Source of the DNA: an uncultured virus (IMG/VR IMGVR_UViG_3300025413_000018)
Lineage: Duplodnaviria > Heunggongvirae > Uroviricota > Caudoviricetes
IMG/VR virus record: IMGVR_UViG_3300025413_000018
Direction: 5' to 3' (one strand)
Length of the DNA: 20,000 bases
The position numbers and the translations under genes were made by a program. The notes beneath the pieces were generated by a model. The model did not search any database. It saw only the letters and a list, made by a program, of their open reading frames with translations, and had not been told where the DNA came from. Shown here piece after piece: positions 9,292-16,010 of this stretch. Each line of letters begins with the position of its first letter. The stretch's first letter is position 1.

Positions 9292-9323
9292 GGGCGGAGA
9301 ATCCTGTACGAGATTCTCCGCCC
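9292..9323. repeat. Perfect 12-bp inverted repeat enclosing a copy of the 16-bp palindromic motif
   Basis: GGGCGGAGAATC-ctgtacga-GATTCTCCGCCC between the AAA+ and VWA genes. There is no U-tract on the coding strand, so it is not called a terminator. Confidence 0.85.
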
Positions 9324-9350
9324 TAGGTTGTGTTTGTTGGTGCGTGGTTA

Positions 9351-10856
9351 TTACAGCGTTGGAACAGTGAAGCCGTACTTGCCGAAGATCTTGACGAACG
9401 CCTCGTTGACCTTCTTGACCTGCTCAGGCTCAGGCTCGCCCTCGATGGTGTTGCTCACCCAGAGGTTGACGCCCAGACGATACAGCTCGGTAGCAACGCC
9501 AGCCTCACCCTTGGCAGGGTCGGAGAACTGCAACGCCTCGCAGAACGTGCTGATGTTGGGAACCGATCCGAGGAAGCCATCGGCGGCAAGAACCTTGGCG
9601 TGCTTCCAGAACTCGACCAGCGAGTCGAGCAAGGAGGACTTGTAACCTAGGGCAGAGGTGTAGCCTCCGACCACGGCACGAACCTTGGCCTCGTCAACCC
9701 TGACATGGATGTGAACGAAGCGACGCTTGGTGGCGGGATCGCCCTCGTCGATGTCGTACTGGCTACCGACGTTGGTGGTTGCGACGATCGCAAGGTTGGC
9801 AACCGGAGCAAGCAACTCCTCGCTGACATGAACCTTGGTGACTGGATCCTCGATGAAGCGTCCGGTACGGAGCTTGTAATACTCCACGCCGCCGATGTTG
9901 GTCGGCTGGAACGGAGTGAGGAACAAGGACTGAACCGAAGACCTAGCGCGGAGGATCTCGTCGGCCACGAACAGGACGGTCTGTCCTAGAGCGGCCTTAC
10001 GCCACGCCTCGGACATCGGGCCATCGACCCAAGGTACGGTCGGAGTCTGATACCCTAGGAGGTCGGTCGCCTCGGTCGAGTTGTGGATGCCGACCTCGAT
10101 GTAGTGGTCGAACATCGAGCCGTGGTTACGAGCCTGGTACGTCTTGCCTGCACCGGGCTCACCCTTGATGAGCAACGGCTTGATCGCACGAGCCGGAGAG
10201 GCGTAACGCTCTAGGGCATGGGCGACCTGACACGTTGTCGTGCTGGTCGGGGTGGGGGCGATGATCGCACTGATCTTGCGTGCCGCCGAAGCACCGCCGG
10301 AGGCAAGGGCATCGGTGATGTCCTTGGTCAGCTTGTCGAGCTTCTCGTCGGTGACGGTCTGCAATGCGTCCATGCCAGCACAGATCTTGTCAGCCATCTC
10401 GGTCTTGAAGTCATCAAGCTCCGCCTTGCGAACGATGTCGGGGTCGGTGACGCTGGAAGCAACGCCTCCGCTGGAAACGCTGGATGCGATCTTGGCCTCG
10501 ATCTCGTCGAACTTCTCCTGCACCTCGGAGAGCTTCTCGCCCTGTGCCTCGATGAACGCCTTGGCCTCGCCAACGTCCTTGCGGATGTCAGCGGTCTGAT
10601 CCTCGACGATGCGGTTGATGGCCTCCTCCATAGCCTCGCTTGGAGGCGGTGTGCTGGCAGGAGTGCCGGAGGTTCCTAGGGTGATCTCCTGCGCCTGTGA
10701 CGCCGTGATCTCGCCCTTGATGAACCGACGGAACGTGTCGGTCTTTGCGGTCGCAACCCAGATGCCGGTGGCACCTAGGCGACGAGCTTCCTTGATGGCC
10801 TCCTTGTAGTTGAGGCTGTCGATCTGCTCTGCTGTCAGGGTGGTGTGCTTGCTCAT
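9351..10856 (-). CDS. MoxR/CbbQ/CobS-like AAA+ ATPase with long N-terminal coiled-coil extension
   Basis: Walker A GEPGAGKT, TDLLG and WVDGP motifs, Walker B LFVADE, sensor-1 ATTN, arginine finger ATKRRF. Adjacent to the VWA gene. Confidence 0.9.
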   Translation of the reverse strand: MSKHTTLTAEQIDSLNYKEAIKEARRLGATGIWVATAKTDTFRRFIKGEITASQAQEITLGTSGTPASTPPPSEAMEEAINRIVEDQTADIRKDVGEAKAFIEAQGEKLSEVQEKFDEIEAKIASSVSSGGVASSVTDPDIVRKAELDDFKTEMADKICAGMDALQTVTDEKLDKLTKDITDALASGGASAARKISAIIAPTPTSTTTCQVAHALERYASPARAIKPLLIKGEPGAGKTYQARNHGSMFDHYIEVGIHNSTEATDLLGYQTPTVPWVDGPMSEAWRKAALGQTVLFVADEILRARSSVQSLFLTPFQPTNIGGVEYYKLRTGRFIEDPVTKVHVSEELLAPVANLAIVATTNVGSQYDIDEGDPATKRRFVHIHVRVDEAKVRAVVGGYTSALGYKSSLLDSLVEFWKHAKVLAADGFLGSVPNISTFCEALQFSDPAKGEAGVATELYRLGVNLWVSNTIEGEPEPEQVKKVNEAFVKIFGKYGFTVPTL

Positions 10857-10912
10857 GTTGTGTTGGTGTTGTGAATCCTGTACGAGATTGTTGTGTACAG
10901 GATTCGGGTGGT

Positions 10913-10980
10913 TGACCTACTGCTCATCAGTGCCAGCTCGGTCGTTGCTGGCAGACCGCCACTCGGCGGTTTCGCTTTAG
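10913..10980 (-). ncRNA. Hammerhead ribozyme, type II, with loop I/3'-tail pseudoknot (HH1)
   Basis: Minus strand reads GC-GAAA-CCGCC-gagu-GGCGG-UC^UGCCAGC-aacgaccga-GCUGGCA-CUGAUGA-GC-aguaGGUC. It has the full core (CUGAUGA, GAAA, GUC), perfect stems I and III, and GACC/GGUC pseudoknot pairing. Predicted cut between 10954 and 10953. Confidence 0.92.
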
Positions 10981-11354
10981 AACTTGAAGGTCGTCGCCTT
11001 GGCCTTGCTCACGAGCAATGAGGCAATCGATAGCGGGAGCCGTTCGGCTTCCCCTCGTTCAACCCTGATCGGATACCCCAATTCGATGGCGCACTTGATA
11101 CCGCTTTCATATGTTTGAAAGCAGTAGCTTACCTTCCAGTCGTCTGTACGAACCGGGATCTGAATGTACTTTCCATCCATTACCCAGTCGTTGTTTTCCA
11201 GCCACAGGACGCCATCGTCCGTAGTATCGGGAGTCGGGCCGGATCGATCTTTGATCGCAATCATTCCCGTGATGTCGTCTTTCCAGAACGAATGCCCATC
11301 CTCGGACTGGTACTGCTTGATCCATGCGTACTTACGTTTGACTGCTGTGCTCAT
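10977..11354 (-). CDS. Hypothetical protein (125 aa) flanked by two hammerhead ribozymes
   Basis: ATG with AAGGAG Shine-Dalgarno 6 nt upstream. Motif-like segment IAIKDRSGPTPDTTDDGVLWL. The stop codon directly precedes the HH1 core. Confidence 0.85.
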   Translation of the reverse strand: MSTAVKRKYAWIKQYQSEDGHSFWKDDITGMIAIKDRSGPTPDTTDDGVLWLENNDWVMDGKYIQIPVRTDDWKVSYCFQTYESGIKCAIELGYPIRVERGEAERLPLSIASLLVSKAKATTFKF

Positions 11355-11385
11355 GTTTAACTCCTTATGCTTCTGTGTTTCTGTT

Positions 11386-11470
11386 TGACCTAGTGCTCAT
11401 CAGTGCATGGTGGTCAGCCATACAGACACCCTAGGGTTGGGCGGTTAAGACACCCCTAGGATGTTTCGCG
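11386..11470 (-). ncRNA. Hammerhead ribozyme, type II, with loop I/3'-tail pseudoknot (HH2)
   Basis: Minus strand reads GC-GAAA-CAUCCUAGGG-(17 nt)-CCCUAGGGUG-UC^UGUAUGG-cUGACCa-CCAUGCA-CUGAUGA-GC-acuaGGUCA. It has the full core, a 7-bp stem I, a long stem III and a 5-bp pseudoknot. Predicted cut between 11425 and 11424. Confidence 0.92.
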
Positions 11471-11486
11471 TTCAATCTTTCTACCT

Positions 11487-11520
11487 ACTACTACCCGCTG
11501 GTGTCGGGTTTACTCTGTTA
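11487..11520 (-). repeat. 34-bp direct repeat copy 1 (candidate phage promoter)
   Basis: ACTACTACCCgctggTGTCGGGTTTACTCTGTTA matches 15936-15969 at 31/34 positions. It overlaps the ligase stop and lies just upstream of HH2. Confidence 0.7.
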
Positions 11521-12634
11521 ACGCCGGCTCGGCCTTGTACTTGAGCTGGTCGATTGTGCAGTCCGTTCGGGCGATGTCATCACGCTCGCCCAGGTACACG
11601 GGCTGGAACAACGAGCCGCCTTCGTAAGCATAGAGATACTGAACCTCGATCACCGATCCGATGGACGGTATCGGAATCGTACCTCCGATGGTGACGTTAC
11701 CTATCGGTGTGAGTATGGGGCTTCCGTCTGCTGGATCGTAGACACCCATTCCAACCGAACGCTTGCCTTCGGTGTGCCCAGTCACAACGACCGATGCCGT
11801 AGCAACGAACTTGAACTTGAGTTGCGTACCGCCGGATGCCGGACGGCCTGACTTGTACGCAGACATCTTCCGCTTGAACACGACTCCCTCGCCCCTCTCT
11901 TCCTTGATCACGGTGAACGCTTCACGCTTCGTTGCGTTAGTGTGCCATGACAATACCCAGTGAATGCAGTTGTCGTGACGGCTCGGCTTGCCAGCGAGGA
12001 GGTTCATCAGCTTGGTCAGACGGAAGTGGTAGGAGTTCTCCGTCATGTCCGTACCTCCTAGGGAGAGCAGATCAAAGACATGGTACTGATCCCCGATCAA
12101 CTCGCCGTCGATAATGAAGTCCTGCCCTAGGTCTTCCGCCTGCTCTAGGACATTGGCTGGGATGCCACACTCCAATCCGGTTCGGTTGGTTCCGAAGACA
12201 CGGCTTCCGGTTCGGTGCAACAGGATACGCTTGCCGTCCATCTTGGGTTGCATGAGCCAGTTGTCGTCCATGAACAGACGCTCCAGCTCCGACTCATCCA
12301 CGGGGTTGAGGAGCTGTGGCAACACTCGGTCTGCCATCGGTGGTGGCTCGGCGACTGGCGTGGCCGGAGCCGTCATCTTGGGAGCCGAGGTGCTACTGAT
12401 CTCGGTGTACCCCTTGGCTTTCTTCTCGTTGACGATCTTGGTGTAGAGGATCAATGCCGCCGTCGCGGATACAGGAGTCATGGTTTTCGTTCCATGATTC
12501 ATGGTTCCTCCACGGCGTCCGTATGTGAAGTTGACGCAGTAGCCGTCTTTGACCATCTCATCCACTCGGATGCTGTACACCTTGTCGCTACTGCCTTCGC
12601 AGTACCCTAGGGTTGTTGATACGATTGTGCTCAT
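11510..12634 (-). CDS. ATP-dependent DNA ligase with N-terminal WGR domain
   Basis: WGR-like N-terminus (SDKVY...FTYGRRG...EKKAKGY). Nucleotidyltransferase motifs I QPKMDG, III IIDGEL, IIIa YHVFDL, IV EGVVFK and V LKFK. C-terminal OB-fold-like segment (VIEVQY...LFQPVYLGERDD). Confidence 0.9.
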   Translation of the reverse strand: MSTIVSTTLGYCEGSSDKVYSIRVDEMVKDGYCVNFTYGRRGGTMNHGTKTMTPVSATAALILYTKIVNEKKAKGYTEISSTSAPKMTAPATPVAEPPPMADRVLPQLLNPVDESELERLFMDDNWLMQPKMDGKRILLHRTGSRVFGTNRTGLECGIPANVLEQAEDLGQDFIIDGELIGDQYHVFDLLSLGGTDMTENSYHFRLTKLMNLLAGKPSRHDNCIHWVLSWHTNATKREAFTVIKEERGEGVVFKRKMSAYKSGRPASGGTQLKFKFVATASVVVTGHTEGKRSVGMGVYDPADGSPILTPIGNVTIGGTIPIPSIGSVIEVQYLYAYEGGSLFQPVYLGERDDIARTDCTIDQLKYKAEPALTE

Positions 12635-12664
12635 CGGTTTGATTCCTTTCTGGTTGTGTGGTTA

Positions 12665-13204
12665 TTACTTGTTTTCCTGTACAGGATTCTTATCGAGGGG
12701 CGTTCCCTCAAAGCTGACCCATGCCCATACCTGGACATAGGCTCCGTTGTCCTCGCCTTCGCTGACCTCGGCGTCATCGTCGATCTCAACGCCACGAGGT
12801 TCGAGTTCACCCGATGACCTCTGGCTCTTTGCCAACTGCACGATGTCCTGACGGCGACTCTCTTCCGGCGAGAGGCTTGGGTAGGCAATTCCAATGTCCT
12901 TAAAAGGCAACCCATTCTTCTTGCAGTACCTCTGCATGACCCCAGTCTTTCCCTGCTCCAGAATCTCCTCCTCTCCCAGCCACTCGACTAGCAACTGGAT
13001 GCCCTCGTCGCTGATGATATCGTCGTTGATCTCGTTGCCGGATTGATCCTGATACTCTTCCAACTCGTCCTCGGTAAGCGTGACCTGCACGTTGCCGGAT
13101 TCGTTGTCGAGGATTACGACGCCGCGTAAGTCGAGGCGTTCGTCGTCAGGGCAAGCAGACATCAGCTTGCCAGCTTCAATGGTGGTGTATGTTTTGGTGC
13201 TCAT
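12665..13204 (-). CDS. Highly acidic hypothetical protein (179 aa)
   Basis: ATGAGC start and TAATAACC end; Asp/Glu-rich, with C-terminal motif EIDDDAEVSEGEDNGAYVQVWAWV. Confidence 0.85.
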   Translation of the reverse strand: MSTKTYTTIEAGKLMSACPDDERLDLRGVVILDNESGNVQVTLTEDELEEYQDQSGNEINDDIISDEGIQLLVEWLGEEEILEQGKTGVMQRYCKKNGLPFKDIGIAYPSLSPEESRRQDIVQLAKSQRSSGELEPRGVEIDDDAEVSEGEDNGAYVQVWAWVSFEGTPLDKNPVQENK

Positions 13205-13206
13205 GT

Positions 13207-13389
13207 TTACTTGGTGGCTGTGAGTTTGTCTAACTTGGCTTCGAGCTTGTCGATCTGCTTGGAGATGGCGTCGGCGTTTTCGGATTCACCTCCGGCGTAT
13301 GAGTCAGCAAGTTCCCAAGCGTCAGCGGCTAATGAGATTGCTTCATTAGCTAGGCTTGCTAGTGCTTTGATTTTATTTTTGTCGGTCAT
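13207..13389 (-). CDS. Small helical hypothetical protein (60 aa)
   Basis: CA-rich leader, ATG, coiled-coil-like C-terminus; 2 nt from the next gene. Confidence 0.75.
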   Translation of the reverse strand: MTDKNKIKALASLANEAISLAADAWELADSYAGGESENADAISKQIDKLEAKLDKLTATK

Positions 13390-13433
13390 GTTGTGTGGTG
13401 TTGTTGGTTTGGTTTCCTGTACAGGATTGTTGG

Positions 13434-13839
13434 TTATTTCTTGGCCGCGTACTCACTGACGCGGCGAAGGTTGTAAACATTGCTCAAGTGGTTCTTGATG
13501 AGCTTGGTGATGGCGGGTTTAAGAGATGTGAGAACATTAGGAACCATCTCCCAATCCCGGCATTCACTCCTCGGCCCTAGGATTCCCCACGCTCCAGACT
13601 CCCACACCCCGACATAAAACTTGTCGAAGTCGGGGTGTCCTATGCTGAAGGTTACATCGCGGCGTCCTGTTGGCCTAGGATTCAAGTCAGCTACGGCGTT
13701 GGTGAAGCCAAGTCCCTGCAAATGCTTGGCGATCGATAGCAATGAGCTTCATCGCTTTCTGTCGATTGAACTGGTTTTCCATTTCGTTCCGATGGTTCGT
13801 GTTGGACTCCTCGATGAGGTCGTCAAGTAGTGTGCTCAT
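13434..13839 (-). pseudogene. Hypothetical gene apparently split by a frameshift near 13730-13737
   Basis: ATGAGC at 13839 with a CA-rich leader gives a 50-aa ORF stopping at 13687. The 102-aa ORF 13434..13742 has only a TTG start and no such leader. Removing one unit of ATCG-ATCG fuses them (...KAMKLIAIAKHLQG...). Confidence 0.5.
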
Positions 13840-13974
13840 GTTTGTTTTCTTTCGTGTTGTGTTGTTGTTTGACTCCAGCGATCCGATGGATCACCAGACG
13901 GCTACGCCCTAGGGATGGAACCTTGGACGCAGGTTGTCTGATGAGAATCCTGTACGGGATTCTGTGTGGGGTTA

Positions 13975-14097
13975 TTACTTGTTGCGAAGATCCCAGTACC
14001 GAAAGACCCGCTTGCCGTACTCGGACAGCTTGCCTTCCTTGATGACCGGCAGTCGCTTCGCCTTCGCCCAGCGGAGGAACATCATCTGCTTAATCAT
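13975..14097 (-). CDS. Small basic hypothetical protein (40 aa)
   Basis: MIKQMMFLRWAKAKRLPVIKEGKLSEYGKRVFRYWDLRNK. The ATG overlaps the end of the upstream gene, and it ends in TAATAACC. Confidence 0.65.
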   Translation of the reverse strand: MIKQMMFLRWAKAKRLPVIKEGKLSEYGKRVFRYWDLRNK

Positions 14098-14509
14098 CTG
14101 ATTCGATGTCGGCTCCGAACAGGTTGACCAAGACATCGACCAGTCCCCACGCCAAGGCGACTGCTGGCTTGGGTGTCCCGATGTCTGGGTCACTCGTATC
14201 GACCGAGCTGATCTTCGCCTCCCACCAAGGGGAGCTGACGCTTGGGTAGTAGATACCTCTCTCGATATGGCAGAGCAGGATCTCGGCCACGCCATGTTGT
14301 CCTAGGGTAATCTCGTACCCTTCGTGGTCTCCTGGCACTCCATCCTTCTTGATCAACTCCTCGAAATACTCGGTGAGAATCGGAAGGATCAGCGGGCTGT
14401 ACTCATCCGCAAAGTCGCTCATGTCAGCGAACTCCTTGCGTGCTTTGAGATCGTTGGCGATCTGCTCTAGGACTGCGATGTCCAAGGTAGGTGTCGGTGT
14501 CGTTACCAT
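14090..14509 (-). CDS. Acidic hypothetical protein (139 aa)
   Basis: CA-rich leader then ATG; Asp/Glu-rich. Confidence 0.8.
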   Translation of the reverse strand: MVTTPTPTLDIAVLEQIANDLKARKEFADMSDFADEYSPLILPILTEYFEELIKKDGVPGDHEGYEITLGQHGVAEILLCHIERGIYYPSVSSPWWEAKISSVDTSDPDIGTPKPAVALAWGLVDVLVNLFGADIESDD

Positions 14510-14543
14510 AGTGTGTGTATGTGTTGCTGTGGGTGTGCGGTTA

Positions 14544-14648
14544 TTACTGCTGGGGATAGAGTAGGTAGATGATCCGGCAACCTAGGGCAACCAAAAGAAA
14601 CCCTAGAACGCAGGTGAGTCTGATCAACTTGTAATGATCCTCGGTCAT
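14544..14648 (-). CDS. Small membrane peptide (34 aa), absent from the ORF track
   Basis: MTEDHYKLIRLTCVLGFLLVALGCRIIYLLYPQQ followed by TAATAACC. The ATG abuts palindrome copy 14649-14664. Confidence 0.65.
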   Translation of the reverse strand: MTEDHYKLIRLTCVLGFLLVALGCRIIYLLYPQQ

Positions 14649-14673
14649 AATCGTGTACAGGATTGTTGGGTTA

Positions 14674-14880
14674 TTACCGGATGGCGTAGGCCGCTTCGGC
14701 AAGATCCTCGATGAATGCCGCACGAGCCTGCTTCATGGTGTAGCCCATGTAGACCTGACGAATGAGGCGGTTGTTGTAGACGGCGGACGCAAGAAGCGAT
14801 CCGTTGTGCTGACGCTCCAAGATTACTTGAACCCTAGGGACTGCTGGCTTGGCAACAGGGAATCGTGATACAGGATTCAT
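14674..14880 (-). CDS. Hypothetical protein (68 aa)
   Basis: In-frame ATG at 14880 avoids overlap with the upstream gene; ends TAATAACC. Confidence 0.7.
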   Translation of the reverse strand: MNPVSRFPVAKPAVPRVQVILERQHNGSLLASAVYNNRLIRQVYMGYTMKQARAAFIEDLAEAAYAIR

Positions 14881-14890
14881 GGTTCGTGGT

Positions 14891-15094
14891 TCAGATGGTG
14901 TTCTCCTCACGCTCGGCGATGCGTGCCTTCACCTTCTTGAGCATCAGCCTTGCACCTTGGATCTCGTAGGGGTGAGTGCAGATCGTGGCGATGTCTCGTT
15001 CGATCATCTCCGCTACGGCGACTGCATCGTCCATGTCCGCTTGGCAGACGATTGGCCGATCGGATGTCCAACGCTTGCGAGTTTTAATGTTCAT
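14891..15094 (-). CDS. Hypothetical protein (67 aa)
   Basis: ATG abuts palindrome copy 15095-15110; operon packing. Confidence 0.7.
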   Translation of the reverse strand: MNIKTRKRWTSDRPIVCQADMDDAVAVAEMIERDIATICTHPYEIQGARLMLKKVKARIAEREENTI

Positions 15095-15115
15095 AATCTT
15101 GTACAGGATTGTTGG

Positions 15116-15325
15116 TTACTTGCTGGCGAGGTTGATGGTTACGATCCGCCCTAGGACGGAATCAAGGTGAGTACCGGCCAAGCTGAACTTGCTCGGCATT
15201 GCAGTCGTGTTCGACCTGGACTCGATCGCATCCCTACGGAGGAGATCGTACTTGCTGGTGATCTCGTGACGGCGGATGCCATCGGCCTCGATCAGGTTCA
15301 GTTCTGCAATCATGTTGCTTTTCAT
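15116..15325 (-). CDS. Hypothetical protein (69 aa)
   Basis: (CCAAA)n leader then ATG; operon packing. Confidence 0.7.
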   Translation of the reverse strand: MKSNMIAELNLIEADGIRRHEITSKYDLLRRDAIESRSNTTAMPSKFSLAGTHLDSVLGRIVTINLASK

Positions 15326-15351
15326 GGGTTTGGTTTGGTTTGGATGAAGGG

Positions 15352-15391
15352 AATCTCGTACAGGATTGTTGATCGAATCCTGTACGAGATT
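15352..15391. repeat. Perfect 16-bp inverted pair of palindromic motif copies, 8-nt spacer
   Basis: AATCTCGTACAGGATT-gttgatcg-AATCCTGTACGAGATT; the two copies are exact reverse complements. Confidence 0.9.
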
Positions 15392-15412
15392 GTTCCCTAG
15401 GGTGTGTGGTTA

Positions 15413-15874
15413 TTACTTGCTCTTCTTGCTCTTGGACTCGTCACGGAGTTGATCAGCGGCACGTCGGAGAGCTGCAACGGCCTGTTCCATCGTGTTCGCA
15501 TTCTCCTCGGCAACCTCCTTCAGCATCTCGGCGAGAAGCTGAACGGCCTTGCTCTTTTCGCCTTTGTTCTGCTTTCCGGCATTACGCTTAATGCCGTAGG
15601 AGAGAAGCGTCTTGCTGATGTCAGAATCAGAGAATCCGGCGAGCTTCATTGCTTCGACGATCTCGGCGATCGTGACTCCGCTCTTGAGAATTGCTGGCAC
15701 GCTCTTGCGTACCTCGGCCTTCTTCTCTTTGATCGTCAGCTCGGCATTGTAAATCAAAGTGAATTGATCGACCAACGCCCAAACCTCTGGACGGATTGCG
15801 TTAACCTTCGCCGATGGGGCGATGACTTCATTGTTGATGACGATGTTCCAGCTTGATGTGTTGTTGTTGCTCAT
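15413..15874 (-). CDS. Hypothetical Lys/Ala-rich helical protein (153 aa), first gene of the minus-strand operon
   Basis: CA-rich leader, ATGAGC start, TAATAACC end; basic C-terminus. Confidence 0.85.
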   Translation of the reverse strand: MSNNNTSSWNIVINNEVIAPSAKVNAIRPEVWALVDQFTLIYNAELTIKEKKAEVRKSVPAILKSGVTIAEIVEAMKLAGFSDSDISKTLLSYGIKRNAGKQNKGEKSKAVQLLAEMLKEVAEENANTMEQAVAALRRAADQLRDESKSKKSK

Positions 15875-15935
15875 TGTTTTGTTTGTTTGATGTTTACGGC
15901 GAGGAGTCGGTTGTAGGTTGTGACTCCCTTCAACA

Positions 15936-15969
15936 ACTACTACCCTTTGATGTCGGGTTTACTCTGTTA
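15936..15969 (-). repeat. 34-bp direct repeat copy 2 (candidate phage promoter)
   Basis: 31/34 identical to 11487-11520. It lies in the divergent intergenic region about 60 nt upstream of the first minus-strand gene. Confidence 0.7.
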
Positions 15970-16010
15970 TTCACCTTGCAAGGTTATTAAATCTGGTACA
16001 GGATTCTCAC

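Noticed and set aside
7598..10856. cobS/cobT gene symbols (cobalamin biosynthesis)
   Set aside because: Only family-level similarity; no cobN or other cobalamin genes are present.
13938..13965. Plus-strand CTGATGA followed by hairpin GAATCC/GGATTC as a third hammerhead
   Set aside because: No GAAA follows stem II (reads TGTG), and it is on the non-coding strand.
14620..14640. GAUCA-UUACAAGU-UGAUC resembling the twister P4 loop
   Set aside because: The other twister elements are absent, and the stretch is explained by a 34-aa ORF.
7992..15856. Many plus-strand ORFs in the track (e.g. 9250..9645, 10218..10679, 12215..12610, 15404..15856)
   Set aside because: Antisense shadows of motif-bearing or well-punctuated minus-strand genes.
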